A model generated the notes under the pieces. It was not told where the DNA came from and ran no database searches. It saw only the letters and a program-made list of their open reading frames with translations. Positions 1 to 9,701 of a DNA stretch of 32,000 nt are shown here, one piece after another. Location: contig NC_003272.1 of NCBI RefSeq assembly GCF_000009705.1, positions 2,160,001 through 2,192,000 on the forward strand. Direction: 5' to 3'. How positions within the stretch are numbered: position 1 is the stretch's first letter; every line of letters begins with the position of its first letter. Origin of the DNA: Nostoc sp. PCC 7120 = FACHB-418 (GTDB taxonomy: Bacteria; Cyanobacteriota; Cyanobacteriia; Cyanobacteriales; Nostocaceae). A program made the translations under genes and the position numbers.

Positions 1-261
1 GCAGCCGCATCTGGCAATTTACAAGAATTTTGTGGAAAAACCAACTTATTTATCTATCCTGGCTATAAATGGCAGGTTGTCGAAGGTTTAATCACCAATT
101 TTCACTTGCCACGCTCTAGTTTATTAATGCTAGTAAGTGCGCTAATTGGCAGAGAACGCTTGTTAAATATATACCAGGAAGCGATCGCCTCTCAATATCG
201 TTTCTACTCTTTTGGTGATGCCATGTTGATTCTACCGGAAGCCAGAGGAGTCGAGCAATAG
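1..261 (+). CDS. queA: S-adenosylmethionine:tRNA ribosyltransferase-isomerase, C-terminal part (5' end outside window)
   Basis: Frame-1 translation from base 1 reads ...[66 protein letters not shown] and stops at TAG 259-261. The [15 protein letters not shown] and YRF.S.GDAML blocks are the conserved QueA C-terminus. Confidence 0.85.
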   Translation, partial: AAASGNLQEFCGKTNLFIYPGYKWQVVEGLITNFHLPRSSLLMLVSALIGRERLLNIYQEAIASQYRFYSFGDAMLILPEARGVEQ

Positions 262-347
262 AAGAGAGTTTGCATACAACCTCTGTAAATTAGTTACCCC
301 TGCCGCCAAAATTTTTTAATTTTGAACTTTTAATTTTTCATGTTGTA

Positions 348-1556
348 GTGGGTACTCTTACTTGTAAGGATCTTAACCATAAGTACAGAGATACCACTAT
401 GTATAAACAACAGCAAATTAAACAGTGGTTTTGCGGTTTATCGTCAATCACCTGTCAGCATATTTCAGATTGGCAAAAGCCGCATTTGGGTGTTCTCTGT
501 GCTGCATCAGCTTTTTTGGTGTTGGCTGCACCGGTTGTGAATTTACCAGGAAGCAAGTTGTTGGCACAAACTCCCATCTCGCGGGATTTGGAAACAGCTA
601 GCTTTTATCAACAGGGGGTTACACGCTACAACCGCAGTGACTGGCAAGGTGCAGAAAACGCTTTTCGCCAAGCGTTGCAGCGAGAACCCAATTTAGCAAT
701 GGCTAGAGCTTATCTAGGAAATATTTACCTGATGCAAAACCGTCTAGATGTGGCGGTTCAGGAATATGGAGAAGCAATTAGACTTAACCCAAATTTGGGA
801 GAAACATATTACAACCTGGGTTTAGCATTGCAACAACAAGGAAAAAAAGAGGGTGCTATTACAGCTTATCGCCAAGCTTTAGTGATAGATCCCAGAAGGG
901 TGGAGGCTTATTATAACTTGGGTTTGGTATTATACGAACAAGGATTATTGCAGGAGGCGATCGCCGCTTACCAAGATGCAGTTAATCTCGAACCCAGTAA
1001 AATCAACGCTCATCATAATTTAGCGATCGCCCTGCAACAAACAGGTAAAATGGAGGAGGCGATCGTTGCCTATAGAGAAGTTTTGAAGTTAGATCCCAAA
1101 AATGCGGCAGCTTACAGTAGTTTAGGCAGCCTGATGGCGATGCAAGGACGACCAGAGGAAGCCATAGCCGCTTATACCCAAGCTGTTCGCCAAGACCCCA
1201 AAAACGCCTTAGCTTACTATAACTTGGGAATAACTTTATATAACCAGGGCGAGCTGCAAAAAGCTAGTAACGCCTTCAAACGCGCTCAGGAAGAATACAG
1301 CCAACAAGGGAACCTGGAGCAAACAGAGAAGACTGAGCAGTTAATGCAGCAAGTTGCTCAGAAAATCGAGGAGCAGAAGCTGCAACAAAGACAAGCATCC
1401 ACACCCAAGCCGACAGACAACTCTACAAATAACCTCTTAGAAAAACTAACTCAACTAACAGCACCAAAAGAACAACCAGCTAATTCTGGTGCAGTACCTG
1501 TCTCGGATGAACAAAAGCAGTTTCCACCAATATTCCCTAATACCAATTCTCGATAA
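348..1556 (+). CDS. TPR-repeat protein with N-terminal hydrophobic segment and Q/E-rich tail
   Basis: 402-aa ORF. At least seven consecutive 34-aa units carry the TPR signature (e.g. AYYNLGLVLYEQGLLQEAIAAYQDAVNLEP, AHHNLAIALQQTGKMEEAIVAYREVLKLDP). Hydrophobic stretch VLCAASAFLVLAAPVV lies near the N-terminus. Start is ambiguous: GTG at 348 or ATG at 399. Confidence 0.85.
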   Translation: MGTLTCKDLNHKYRDTTMYKQQQIKQWFCGLSSITCQHISDWQKPHLGVLCAASAFLVLAAPVVNLPGSKLLAQTPISRDLETASFYQQGVTRYNRSDWQGAENAFRQALQREPNLAMARAYLGNIYLMQNRLDVAVQEYGEAIRLNPNLGETYYNLGLALQQQGKKEGAITAYRQALVIDPRRVEAYYNLGLVLYEQGLLQEAIAAYQDAVNLEPSKINAHHNLAIALQQTGKMEEAIVAYREVLKLDPKNAAAYSSLGSLMAMQGRPEEAIAAYTQAVRQDPKNALAYYNLGITLYNQGELQKASNAFKRAQEEYSQQGNLEQTEKTEQLMQQVAQKIEEQKLQQRQASTPKPTDNSTNNLLEKLTQLTAPKEQPANSGAVPVSDEQKQFPPIFPNTNSR

Positions 1557-1815
1557 AGATACGCTCAATTATTTTAGAACTAGCGAACTAAGTAAGTCGG
1601 TGAGAATAAACCTAACTATGTAACAGATTGTAAAATCGGCATAACCCTTGCGATTGCTTCATTCCACTTCGTTTCATTCGCAATGACATAGCGTGAATTA
1701 TTTAAGCCGTTCTACTTATCACCAAAAAACCTATGCGTGCCTCGGCGCTAACCCCAACGTTACTCTGCGTTAAAAATAGGAAGCTGGAAACTGCATAATT
1801 TTATCAAATTTTTGT

Positions 1816-1844
1816 ATGACGGGCAAAACGCCCGTCATATTTTT
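1816..1844. terminator. GC-rich hairpin with T-run, between convergent TPR gene and ktrA
   Basis: ATGACGGGC (1816-1824), loop AAAA, GCCCGTCAT (1829-1837) form a perfect 9-bp stem. It is followed by ATTTTT on the + strand and sits 6 nt from the ktrA stop codon (1850-1852). Confidence 0.6.
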
Positions 1845-1849
1845 AGGCT

Positions 1850-2545
1850 TTAAATTGGCAAGCGATTAATATCCCTATCACAACCTATAACCACCATTGC
1901 CGTACCACGTTCTAAACGTTTACCGGGGTTAGGGTTAATTTGAAATTTACCATCTTGACTCACGGCTAACAAATTCAACCCATAACGGTTGCGTAACTGC
2001 AATTCTGCAATAGTTCTCCCGTGAAATTCATCTGGCACAATTAACTCTACAATACTGTTATCAGGATCGAGGTCGAATCTATCAAGAATTGATGGCTTCG
2101 TTAGTGTACGTGCTAACGCACAACCCGCCTCATATTCAGGAAAAACAACATGATCTGCACCAACCCGCTTTAATAGCTTGTAATGGACTTCACTAGAAGC
2201 TTTAGCAACTACATGAGGTACTCCAGCTTCCTTGACATTTAAAGTGGTGATCACACTTTCTTGAACATAGTTACCAATCGCCACTATTACTGTATCAAAT
2301 TCCAGAATACCCGCTTCCTTAAGCGCGGCTGTTTCGGTTGAATCTAGTTGTAAAGCATGACCAACTATTTCTTCCGTCAACGCTGCTGATACTCGTTTTT
2401 CATCTATATCTGTTGCTAGCACTTGATAGCCTAACTTATGCAGTGTTGAACAGACAGAACGACCAAAACGACCCAAGCCAATTACAGCAAATTGGTTATT
2501 ATCTTTGCGTAAACTGCGAAAAAAACCTAGCGATGACAGATTCAC
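1850..2545 (-). CDS. ktrA: K+ uptake system peripheral subunit KtrA (TrkA-N/RCK NAD-binding protein)
   Basis: Rossmann motif FAVIGLGRFGRSV near the N-terminus and an RCK C-terminal region (GRTIAELQLRNRYGLNLLAV). It lies directly downstream of ktrB on the same strand. The ORF extends to 2584, but GTG at 2545 (VNLSSLGFFRSLR...) has an AAGGA about 8 nt upstream and gives the usual ~230-aa length. Confidence 0.85.
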   Translation of the reverse strand: MNLSSLGFFRSLRKDNNQFAVIGLGRFGRSVCSTLHKLGYQVLATDIDEKRVSAALTEEIVGHALQLDSTETAALKEAGILEFDTVIVAIGNYVQESVITTLNVKEAGVPHVVAKASSEVHYKLLKRVGADHVVFPEYEAGCALARTLTKPSILDRFDLDPDNSIVELIVPDEFHGRTIAELQLRNRYGLNLLAVSQDGKFQINPNPGKRLERGTAMVVIGCDRDINRLPI

Positions 2546-2641
2546 AGTTGAAATCCTTATTATTAATCCCTGTATTGAAAGCAAAAACTCTTAGACTAAA
2601 TTAATTCAAAGCTTTCTTTTGCCTATTCTTTCAAATTTTAT

Positions 2642-2676
2642 CAGTTGTTAGTTGTCAGTTGTTAGGTGTCAGTTGC
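2642..2676. repeat. STRR-like heptamer tandem repeat, five units of (C/T)AG(T/G)TG(T/C)
   Basis: cagttgt tagttgt cagttgt taggtgt cagttgc, read directly in the ktrB-ktrA intergenic spacer. Confidence 0.8.
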
Positions 2677-2718
2677 CAATAATTTTTCCTGACTTCCCCT
2701 GCTTCCTATCTTCTTCAG

Positions 2719-4059
2719 TTACCCTACGAGTAAGTTTTCTTCAGGGTAGTGAATCCTTGTCGGTCGCGGATCTCCTAATATAGCAGACATTAGTAGTAAA
2801 ACTCCTACTCTACCTACATACATAGTGATAATTAAAACTAGCTTTGCTGCTGGGGAGACGCTAGCTGTAATACCAGTTGAAAGACCTACGGTAGCGAAGG
2901 CTGATACTACTTCAAATAGAATTTGAATAAAATCTAGTTTTGGGTCTGTAAGAGATATGAGAATTGTGGCTAAAATGACGGTTGCTATAGAACCAACTAA
3001 AACACCAACTGCTTTTAAAATGAGAGCAACTGCTATCTTACGTTCATATAATAAAACTTCTTCTTTACCCTGAAGAATTGTTTTAGTACAGCTAGTTAAA
3101 ACTCTCAGTGTGGTGGTTTTCATTCCTCCTCCAGTACCTCCAGGACTTGCACCAATAAACATGAGGGCAATTGTGATAAATAGACCCGCCGTTGTCATTT
3201 TGCCAATGTCAATGGTGTTAAAGCCAGCAGTTCTGGGAGTAACTGATTGAAACCAAGCTACTAAAAATTGATCCCTTAAATTGAGTGAACCAAAGGTTTG
3301 TGGGTTTCTTACTTCTATGCAAAAGAAGGCGATTGTGCCTAGAAATAAAAGTATTAGTGTCGTGCTAGTAGCGACTTTAAAGTCTAATGAAAATACCAAA
3401 GTTTCCTTTTTTTTGAGGATGCGATCGCGCAACCAAATATATGTTTCTAAAATTACCTGATAACCAATTCCCCCAAAGATAATTAATCCTGTGATTGTGA
3501 AAACGACTAAAGAAGAAGATTGATAACTAATAAGGTTATCTTTAAACAAACTAAAACCAGCGTTATTCCAAGCATTAACACTATGAAATATGGCTAACCA
3601 TAGTCCTTGATTCCAGCCATAATCAGGGACAAAAGCTGGTAACAATAAAAAGACACCTGTAATTTCAAAAATTAGGGTTGTGGCAATAATTGAACGAATA
3701 ACTTGGGTGCTACCACTCATACCAGGGCGGTCTAAAGCTTGTTGAATAGCGATTTTTTGCCGGAGGTCAAATTTGCGACCAATCAGCAGAATCAAAAAGG
3801 TGGTAGTTGTCATATAGCCTAAACCACCAATTTGCGCTAATAGGGCAATAAAGAACTGTCCCCAAAAAGAAAAATAAGTACCAGTATCAACTACTGCTAA
3901 ACCAGTTACACAAACTGCTGAAGTTGATGTGAAAATTGCCACAATAGGGTCATTCCAATTACCATTGCTAGTGGAGAAAGGCATCATCAACAAGATAGTT
4001 CCTACTACGATGACAGCTATAAATCCCAAGCAAACTGTGCGCGAAACGGTCATAAGCAA
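2719..4059 (-). CDS. ktrB: K+ transporter membrane subunit KtrB (TrkH/KtrB family)
   Basis: 446-aa polytopic membrane protein. Repeated pore-loop-like glycine motifs (TGLAVVDTG, NNAGFSL, RTAGFNT, ATVGLSTG) are typical of the four MPM repeats of Trk/Ktr/HKT transporters. It is adjacent to ktrA. Confidence 0.88.
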   Translation of the reverse strand: MLMTVSRTVCLGFIAVIVVGTILLMMPFSTSNGNWNDPIVAIFTSTSAVCVTGLAVVDTGTYFSFWGQFFIALLAQIGGLGYMTTTTFLILLIGRKFDLRQKIAIQQALDRPGMSGSTQVIRSIIATTLIFEITGVFLLLPAFVPDYGWNQGLWLAIFHSVNAWNNAGFSLFKDNLISYQSSSLVVFTITGLIIFGGIGYQVILETYIWLRDRILKKKETLVFSLDFKVATSTTLILLFLGTIAFFCIEVRNPQTFGSLNLRDQFLVAWFQSVTPRTAGFNTIDIGKMTTAGLFITIALMFIGASPGGTGGGMKTTTLRVLTSCTKTILQGKEEVLLYERKIAVALILKAVGVLVGSIATVILATILISLTDPKLDFIQILFEVVSAFATVGLSTGITASVSPAAKLVLIITMYVGRVGVLLLMSAILGDPRPTRIHYPEENLLVG

Positions 4060-4273
4060 TTAAAAATTCAATATTTAACGGTCAAAATCCTCAAATTATC
4101 TAGCTCATGGTGGTTGTTTAATTTAAGGCTATAACTCATAAATTTTTACGGATAGGAGCCATAATGTTGATCCCTCTGAGGAAGCAAAAACTTTCTTATT
4201 TAATTAAAAACACACATGGTAGCCTACGAATATGTTTTTTTAATTTCTGTTTTGTATTAACACTGCTTTTTTC

Positions 4274-5116
4274 ATGAGTGCAACACTTTACCAACAAATT
4301 CAGCAATTTTACGATGCTTCCTCTGGGCTGTGGGAAGAGATTTGGGGCGAACATATGCACCACGGCTATTATGGTGCAGACGGTACTGAACAAAAAAACC
4401 GCCGTCAGGCGCAAATTGATTTAATTGAAGAATTACTCACTTGGGCAGGAGTACAAACAGCAGAAAATATACTAGATGTGGGTTGTGGTATTGGTGGTAG
4501 TTCTCTGTATTTGGCAGGAAAGTTGAATGCTAAAGCTACAGGAATTACCCTGAGTCCAGTGCAAGCCGCTAGAGCCACAGAAAGAGCCAAGGAAGCTGGT
4601 TTAAGTGGTAGAAGTCAGTTTTTAGTGGCAAATGCCCAAGCAATGCCTTTTGATGATAATTCTTTTGACTTGGTGTGGTCGCTAGAAAGTGGCGAACATA
4701 TGCCAGATAAAACCAAGTTTTTGCAAGAGTGTTATCGAGTCTTGAAACCGGGCGGTAAGTTAATCATGGTGACATGGTGTCATCGTCCCACTGATAAAAC
4801 ACCACTGACGGCTGATGAAAAAAAACACCTAGAAGATATTTATCGGGTGTATTGTTTGCCTTATGTAATTTCGTTGCCGGAGTATGAAGCGATCGCACGT
4901 CAACTACCATTAAATAATATCCGCACCGCCGACTGGTCGCAATCCGTCGCCCAATTTTGGAACATAGTCATCGATTCCGCCTTTACCCCCCAAGCAATAT
5001 TCGGCTTACTCCGCGCAGGTTGGACTACCATCCAAGGAGCCTTATCACTAGGCTTAATGCGTCGCGGCTATGAGCGCGGGTTAATTCGGTTTGGGTTGCT
5101 TTGTGGGGATAAGTGA
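4274..5116 (+). CDS. SAM-dependent methyltransferase, gamma-tocopherol methyltransferase type
   Basis: 280 aa. The N-terminus YDASSGLWEEIWGEHMHHGYYG...RRQAQIDLIEELL is the block I recognise from cyanobacterial/plant gamma-TMT. SAM motif I is ILDVGCGIGGSS, and the post-I/II motifs are present (FDLVWSLESGEHMPDK, LKPGGKLIM). Confidence 0.8.
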   Translation: MSATLYQQIQQFYDASSGLWEEIWGEHMHHGYYGADGTEQKNRRQAQIDLIEELLTWAGVQTAENILDVGCGIGGSSLYLAGKLNAKATGITLSPVQAARATERAKEAGLSGRSQFLVANAQAMPFDDNSFDLVWSLESGEHMPDKTKFLQECYRVLKPGGKLIMVTWCHRPTDKTPLTADEKKHLEDIYRVYCLPYVISLPEYEAIARQLPLNNIRTADWSQSVAQFWNIVIDSAFTPQAIFGLLRAGWTTIQGALSLGLMRRGYERGLIRFGLLCGDK

Positions 5117-5169
5117 CAACTGATGATTGATGACTGTTGACTGCTGACTGACAACTGACTACTGACCAC
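5114..5169. repeat. Tandem array of eight heptamers TGNNNAC spanning the stop codons of two convergent genes
   Basis: tgacaac tgatgat tgatgac tgttgac tgctgac tgacaac tgactac tgaccac. The first TGA (5114-5116) is the methyltransferase stop. cta at 5159-5161 is the kinase stop on the minus strand. Confidence 0.8.
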
Positions 5170-8100
5170 GCTTAATTAAACTGGCGACGACTGTAGCCAA
5201 TTCTGTGGGTTCAATGGGTTTTGGTAAATGTAGTTGAAATCCTTCTTGAATGGCTCTTGTTCTGTCCTCGGCTCTGGCGTAGGCTGTTAAGGCGGTGGCG
5301 GGAATGTTTCCTCCTTGTTCTGGTGGTAAGGAGCGTAGTTTGCGAATTAGGGAGTAGCCGTCTTCTTCTGGCATTCCGATATCACTTACCAAAACATCCG
5401 GCTTCCATTGGGAAATTATCTGTAATGCCTCTTTTGCTGTTGCCACTGCTCTCACTTGAGCTTGACATTGTTCTAATACTGTGCTGATGAAATCACGAGA
5501 ATCTGACTCGTCATCTACCACTAACACCCGCACCCCCAATAGTGAAGGACATAAAGGCAAGGGGGTGAGATTTTCTCCTCTTGGGCTAATTGGCTCAATG
5601 CTAGTTGCTTTATTTTCCGATAGGAGAGGTAATTTGACTGTAAATGTAGAACCTTGTTCTTCACCGGGACTATGTACATGAACTGTACCGCCATGTAACT
5701 CCACTAGATGGCGGACGATCGCTAAACCTAATCCTAAACCACCGTGGGATCTGGTGATGGAACTATCAGCTTGGCGAAAGCGGTCAAATACGTAAGGTAG
5801 AAAGCTGGAGTTAATACCTATCCCTGTATCGATGACTTGGATTTGTGCATAGTTATTGGTGATGAGTTCGTTTTGTTCGCAACCAGGATTTTTGGTGAGT
5901 CTAACTTCTACTTTGCCGCCGGAAGGTGTGAATTTAATGGCATTTGTGAGTAAGTTCCAGATAACCTGCTGCAAGCGTTCTGAATCGCCGGAAACCTGAA
6001 ATGGTAAATTTTCTGTAGCTGGATTTTCTAAGAAGAATGTTAAGTCGATTTCTTTCGCTTGGGCTGCGAGGTTAATATTCTCGATGGCTGTTTCAATGAT
6101 GGGAATCAGGTTACAAGTACGGACGTTGAGACGTAACTTGCCTCTAATCATCCGCGAAATATCTAGTAAGTCTTCAATGAGTTGGGTTTGAGCTTTGGCG
6201 TTGCGCTCGATGGTTTCTAAGCCTTTGGCGGTTTGCGCTTCACTCAGCCTACGAGCTTGTAATAACTGCGCCCAGCCGAGAATGGCGTTGAGAGGCGATC
6301 GCAATTCATGGGATAAGATAGCCAAAAACTCATCTTTCATGCGATTGGCTTCTGTTAATTGTTCTGTCTGCCGTTGCAAAGAATTAATCAATTCTACCCG
6401 TTCCATAGCGATCGCAATTTGGTCACAAACCGCCTGCATCATCCCTTTTTGATTGTCGGTGAAGTTGGCACGGCTACGACTGCCAAAGGAGAGTGTCCCC
6501 AAAAGTCTGCCTTGAGCAATCAATGGATAACTGTAATAAGCGTTAATCCCCACAGAGCGAATTAGCTGTGTTTTAGGGTCGGTTGACTGCTGGACGTTCT
6601 CTAAAGCGATGGAATGACGTTCCTGAGCAGTTGTACCACAGACAGCTTCCCCAAACCTTAAAAACTCGATTTCTTGCGCTAGTTCCGGACAAATGCCTCG
6701 ATAAGAAGCTAAACGCATAGATTGAGGATTGTCTTCTACCAGGTAGTTTAAATAAACATCCAGTCCAATTTGCTGTGCCAGTTTCTGGAAGCAACTATCA
6801 ATCAGCGCTACTGGTTCCTGACTTGATAACAGGTCATTAGCTGTACTAAATAGTAGTTTTAGCCGTTGATAACCCAAGGACAGAGCTTTTTCTGCCTGCT
6901 TGATCTGAGTTATATTTTGAAATACTACTACACAGGTTGCCGGATAACCGTGCATGGCTGGTAAGGTATCGGCAAATATGAGTAAAGATAGAACTTCATC
7001 GTTGGTATGCCAGTCTAACTCTAATCCTTCTAGACGTTCTCCTCTGGCAACTCTTACCCCAGGCATTTGCTCATTGGGTACGGGATTACCATTGATATCT
7101 GTGAAATGATAAACAGTGTGATACTCTTCGGCTGCTACTCCCCTGGGAAATTCACCACCAGCTAATTCATCGGCTGCCCGATTGGCAAAGGTGACCCGTG
7201 CTGTTTCTGGCTCAATAAACAGTAATGGTCTGGGCATCAGATTCAATACATCTTCTAGCCATTTTTGCTCATTTCGCAGCAATTCCTCTGCTTGCTTGCG
7301 TTCTGTAATGTCTACAAATGCACCAATACAGCCTCTGGTGTTCCCATCTTCATCAAACAGTGGCGCAACGTACTCCAGCAATTTGATGATTTCGCCATTG
7401 TCATGAACTATATCAACCTCATAATCTAATACTTCTGCACCATGAGCCGCAGAGTACTGCATGGGTAGTTCTGCTGGTAAAAGTTCTCTACCTTCGTGAA
7501 ATACTTTAAATGTTGTTGGTCTTTGATCTGGGGGAGCGCTGAGGGAGGCATTTACATCTGTGGAAAGTTGCAATTGCTTGGCAAAAGCTGGATTAATTTT
7601 AATATGTTGGCATTCTGGATCTTCTGCTATACCGATGCCAATAGGTATCACATCTAATAAAGTTTGTAATTCGACGACGCGACGCTGTAAATCTTTATTC
7701 AGTTGGAGTATTTTCTGTTGTGCTTGTTGGCGTTCGCTTAAGTCTAAAATAAAGGCAACTGATTCTTCGCGCTTTTCTCCTAGCAATACATAACCAATTA
7801 ATACGGGAATGCGGCTACCATCTTGGTGAATGTATTCTTTTTCATAAGGTGTACAAGCTCCTTTGGGGTTGACTTGAGCTTCCGCAATACCTTGCTCATC
7901 TAAGTAGATATATTCTGGTGGTGTAATATTTTTCCAATTAAGTCTGCCTGTAAGTAAGTCTTCTTGAGAATAACCAACCATCATCAAAAATGCTTCGTTG
8001 GCTTGTTGGATACCACCGTAAATGTCTGAAAAAATAATCCCGATAATATTGGCATCGACAAGGCTTGCCAGTTTTTCCTCATAAGCTTTCAAGGTTTCTT

Positions 8101-9022
8101 GAGCGCGATCGCGTTGTTGGCTCAGGAGTTCGATGACTACTGCATTTTGCCAGATGATGATCGCAAAAATGACAATTAATATAACTGCAAAGACTGAAAC
8201 AGCAAAAGCTGGGCCATATCTGCCGGCTCTTTGTCCTTCGAGGATTAACCACCCCAAAAACAAAGGTACAGCGATCGCTGCTACTAATAAGCGGCGTGCA
8301 ATTAAACCCCCATAGCTATCGCTAAACACTATTTTCATTAGCCCTTTTTCTGCTCGTCCAGACAAAATGCCAATACACAGCACTATAAATAATAATGCTG
8401 TCTGTAAGGACATCGAGGTAATATTCGGGTTAATTGTGTAAGAAAATTTCACTTTATAGGCATAGCTGACAACCACCTGTAAGGAAATCACGGTGGTAAA
8501 GAGAACGAGCATCTGAGCATACCAATAGCTGCGATGATTTCGTGGATAAATCAGCAGTTCTAAAGCTATGCCTATGAGGAGAAAATTAATTGCTGTATTC
8601 AACCCCATTCGCCCTGGATATGGTGTGTTGATGGTAGTAAGCACATCACCCAAAAGCAGTTTGTCAATTCCCAATTCCCAGCCAAACAAATATTCGCAAA
8701 TTTTCAGCCCAGCAATAATGGTAGTGGAGACACTAAAAGCTCTAGACAGTTTTTTGTAGGGCTTGTGTCTCTGGCTAAAATGTGGTTCCCCCAACGGTTT
8801 CGTTACTAAAAGCCATGCAGAAATACCGCAGAGTGTAAAGCATAATGCTGTATTCGGTTTCATTATTGCTGAACTACTCCAAAAAAATGTTTTGAGTAGT
8901 TGTATGTCAAGTAGCCAGCCAATTAATATGGAACTACTAACCAACGTGGCGATCGCACTCGCAATTTTTGCCACTAGTGAACCGTGCATATTGTGCAGTC
9001 GCAAGTGGTTGAATTCTAACAT
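5159..9022 (-). CDS. Hybrid sensor histidine kinase (multi-TM sensor, PAS/GAF modules, HisKA, HATPase, C-terminal receiver)
   Basis: 1287 aa. The first ~300 aa have many hydrophobic helices. H-box is FLAILSHELRSPLNAI, N-box is NLLTNAIKFT, and G-boxes are DTGIGI and GGLGLGLAIV. The receiver reads VLVVDDESDSRDF...DVLVSDIGMPEEDGY...LTAYA...HLPKP. Alternative ATG at 8989. Confidence 0.9.
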   Translation of the reverse strand: MLEFNHLRLHNMHGSLVAKIASAIATLVSSSILIGWLLDIQLLKTFFWSSSAIMKPNTALCFTLCGISAWLLVTKPLGEPHFSQRHKPYKKLSRAFSVSTTIIAGLKICEYLFGWELGIDKLLLGDVLTTINTPYPGRMGLNTAINFLLIGIALELLIYPRNHRSYWYAQMLVLFTTVISLQVVVSYAYKVKFSYTINPNITSMSLQTALLFIVLCIGILSGRAEKGLMKIVFSDSYGGLIARRLLVAAIAVPLFLGWLILEGQRAGRYGPAFAVSVFAVILIVIFAIIIWQNAVVIELLSQQRDRAQETLKAYEEKLASLVDANIIGIIFSDIYGGIQQANEAFLMMVGYSQEDLLTGRLNWKNITPPEYIYLDEQGIAEAQVNPKGACTPYEKEYIHQDGSRIPVLIGYVLLGEKREESVAFILDLSERQQAQQKILQLNKDLQRRVVELQTLLDVIPIGIGIAEDPECQHIKINPAFAKQLQLSTDVNASLSAPPDQRPTTFKVFHEGRELLPAELPMQYSAAHGAEVLDYEVDIVHDNGEIIKLLEYVAPLFDEDGNTRGCIGAFVDITERKQAEELLRNEQKWLEDVLNLMPRPLLFIEPETARVTFANRAADELAGGEFPRGVAAEEYHTVYHFTDINGNPVPNEQMPGVRVARGERLEGLELDWHTNDEVLSLLIFADTLPAMHGYPATCVVVFQNITQIKQAEKALSLGYQRLKLLFSTANDLLSSQEPVALIDSCFQKLAQQIGLDVYLNYLVEDNPQSMRLASYRGICPELAQEIEFLRFGEAVCGTTAQERHSIALENVQQSTDPKTQLIRSVGINAYYSYPLIAQGRLLGTLSFGSRSRANFTDNQKGMMQAVCDQIAIAMERVELINSLQRQTEQLTEANRMKDEFLAILSHELRSPLNAILGWAQLLQARRLSEAQTAKGLETIERNAKAQTQLIEDLLDISRMIRGKLRLNVRTCNLIPIIETAIENINLAAQAKEIDLTFFLENPATENLPFQVSGDSERLQQVIWNLLTNAIKFTPSGGKVEVRLTKNPGCEQNELITNNYAQIQVIDTGIGINSSFLPYVFDRFRQADSSITRSHGGLGLGLAIVRHLVELHGGTVHVHSPGEEQGSTFTVKLPLLSENKATSIEPISPRGENLTPLPLCPSLLGVRVLVVDDESDSRDFISTVLEQCQAQVRAVATAKEALQIISQWKPDVLVSDIGMPEEDGYSLIRKLRSLPPEQGGNIPATALTAYARAEDRTRAIQEGFQLHLPKPIEPTELATVVASLIKRGQ

Positions 9023-9045
9023 TGAGGCTTTTGTAACTTTATTTA

Positions 9046-9077
9046 TATATAGGACTACTATTTGATTTTTGAATTAT
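9046..9077 (+). repeat. 32-bp direct repeat, copy 1 (TATATAGGACTACTATTTGATTTTTGAATTAT)
   Basis: Identical 32-mer found again at 9670-9701. This copy overlaps the left end of the MITE-like element. Confidence 0.9.
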
Positions 9078-9329
9078 GCGTAGGGGAGCCACTGCGTTGG
9101 TAAGCTAGGCAGTCCGATCCTCTCTACGTTCCCTGGGGGACGCTACGGGTAGACTTCGGCGTGAGATTAGTCGAACGCTTGCTTCTCTGGAGGAGTGTCT
9201 TTGCTAGGCAACGCTGCGCTCTGCGAACGTTGAGAAGGAGGTTCCCTGCTTGGAGCAAGTGGACTAGATACTTGGATTTTTATACACAAGCGCAGGCTAC
9301 GCCAACAATAATCAAATCGGATTCCTATA
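9048..9329. mobile_element. MITE-like non-coding element (~282 bp) with imperfect ~40-bp terminal inverted repeats
   Basis: The left end is TATAGGACTACTATTTGATTTTTGAATTATGCGTAGG. The reverse complement of the right end is TATAGGAATCCGATTTGATTATTGTTGGCGTAGCC. The interior is GC-rich, unlike the flanks, and has no credible ORF. The same end sequence recurs at 22534 and, diverged, at 15073. Confidence 0.6.
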
Positions 9330-9669
9330 CGATTGTAATGTTTAGGATGATTTACTATCGGTATGCGCGGTTACCTGATTTAAACTACTGCCAAAAGTAT
9401 TGGTTTACATCTATCTATATATATATCTTGCTGTGTCAGTAATTAAAATCTTCTTAAATGCTGTTAACACTTAAAATCTTTACCATTTTGTTTTTGCACT
9501 TCTAATTAGTCCTGGTAAAGTGCTTCTATGAATATAAATAAATGAACAGAAATTCATTTTTAACATATTCTTCTCAACTGATGTAAACAAATTGAAAGCC
9601 CTTGATAGACGTTAAATAAAAATTAATTATGCAGTATTCAAAATTTATAATATTCCCTACACCAAAGGT

Positions 9670-9701
9670 TATATAGGACTACTATTTGATTTTTGAATTA
9701 T
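9670..9701 (+). repeat. 32-bp direct repeat, copy 2
   Basis: Exact copy of 9046-9077, located 624 bp downstream. Confidence 0.9.

Noticed and set aside
1557-1815. Possible small RNA or tRNA in the 260-bp spacer after the TPR gene (contains GCGATTGCTTCATTCCACTTCGTTTCATTCGCAATGAC)
   Set aside because: No tRNA cloverleaf or T-loop (GTTCGAATC-type) motif is present. The imperfect inverted segment looks like another short dispersed repeat. There is not enough evidence for an RNA gene.
2338-2604. 88-aa + strand ORF
   Set aside because: It is antisense to ktrA, whose Rossmann motif confirms the minus-strand frame.
4196-4590. Minus-strand ORFs 4196-4414 and 4405-4590
   Set aside because: They overlap the divergent promoter region and the 5' part of the methyltransferase, whose frame is confirmed by SAM-binding motifs. 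They are shadow ORFs.
5221-8759. Numerous 60-100-aa ORFs on the + strand (5221, 5481, 6195, 6359, 7182, 7560, 8133, 8568) and one at 6573-6794 on the minus strand
   Set aside because: All are antisense to, or out of frame with, the well-supported 1287-aa histidine kinase. They have Ser/Arg/Cys/Leu-rich compositions typical of shadow ORFs.
9161-9442. 93-aa ORF in the long intergenic tract
   Set aside because: It lies almost entirely inside the MITE-like repeat (9048-9329). It is Arg/Leu-rich, as expected from translating GC-rich repeat DNA, and has no ribosome-binding site. It is most likely spurious.
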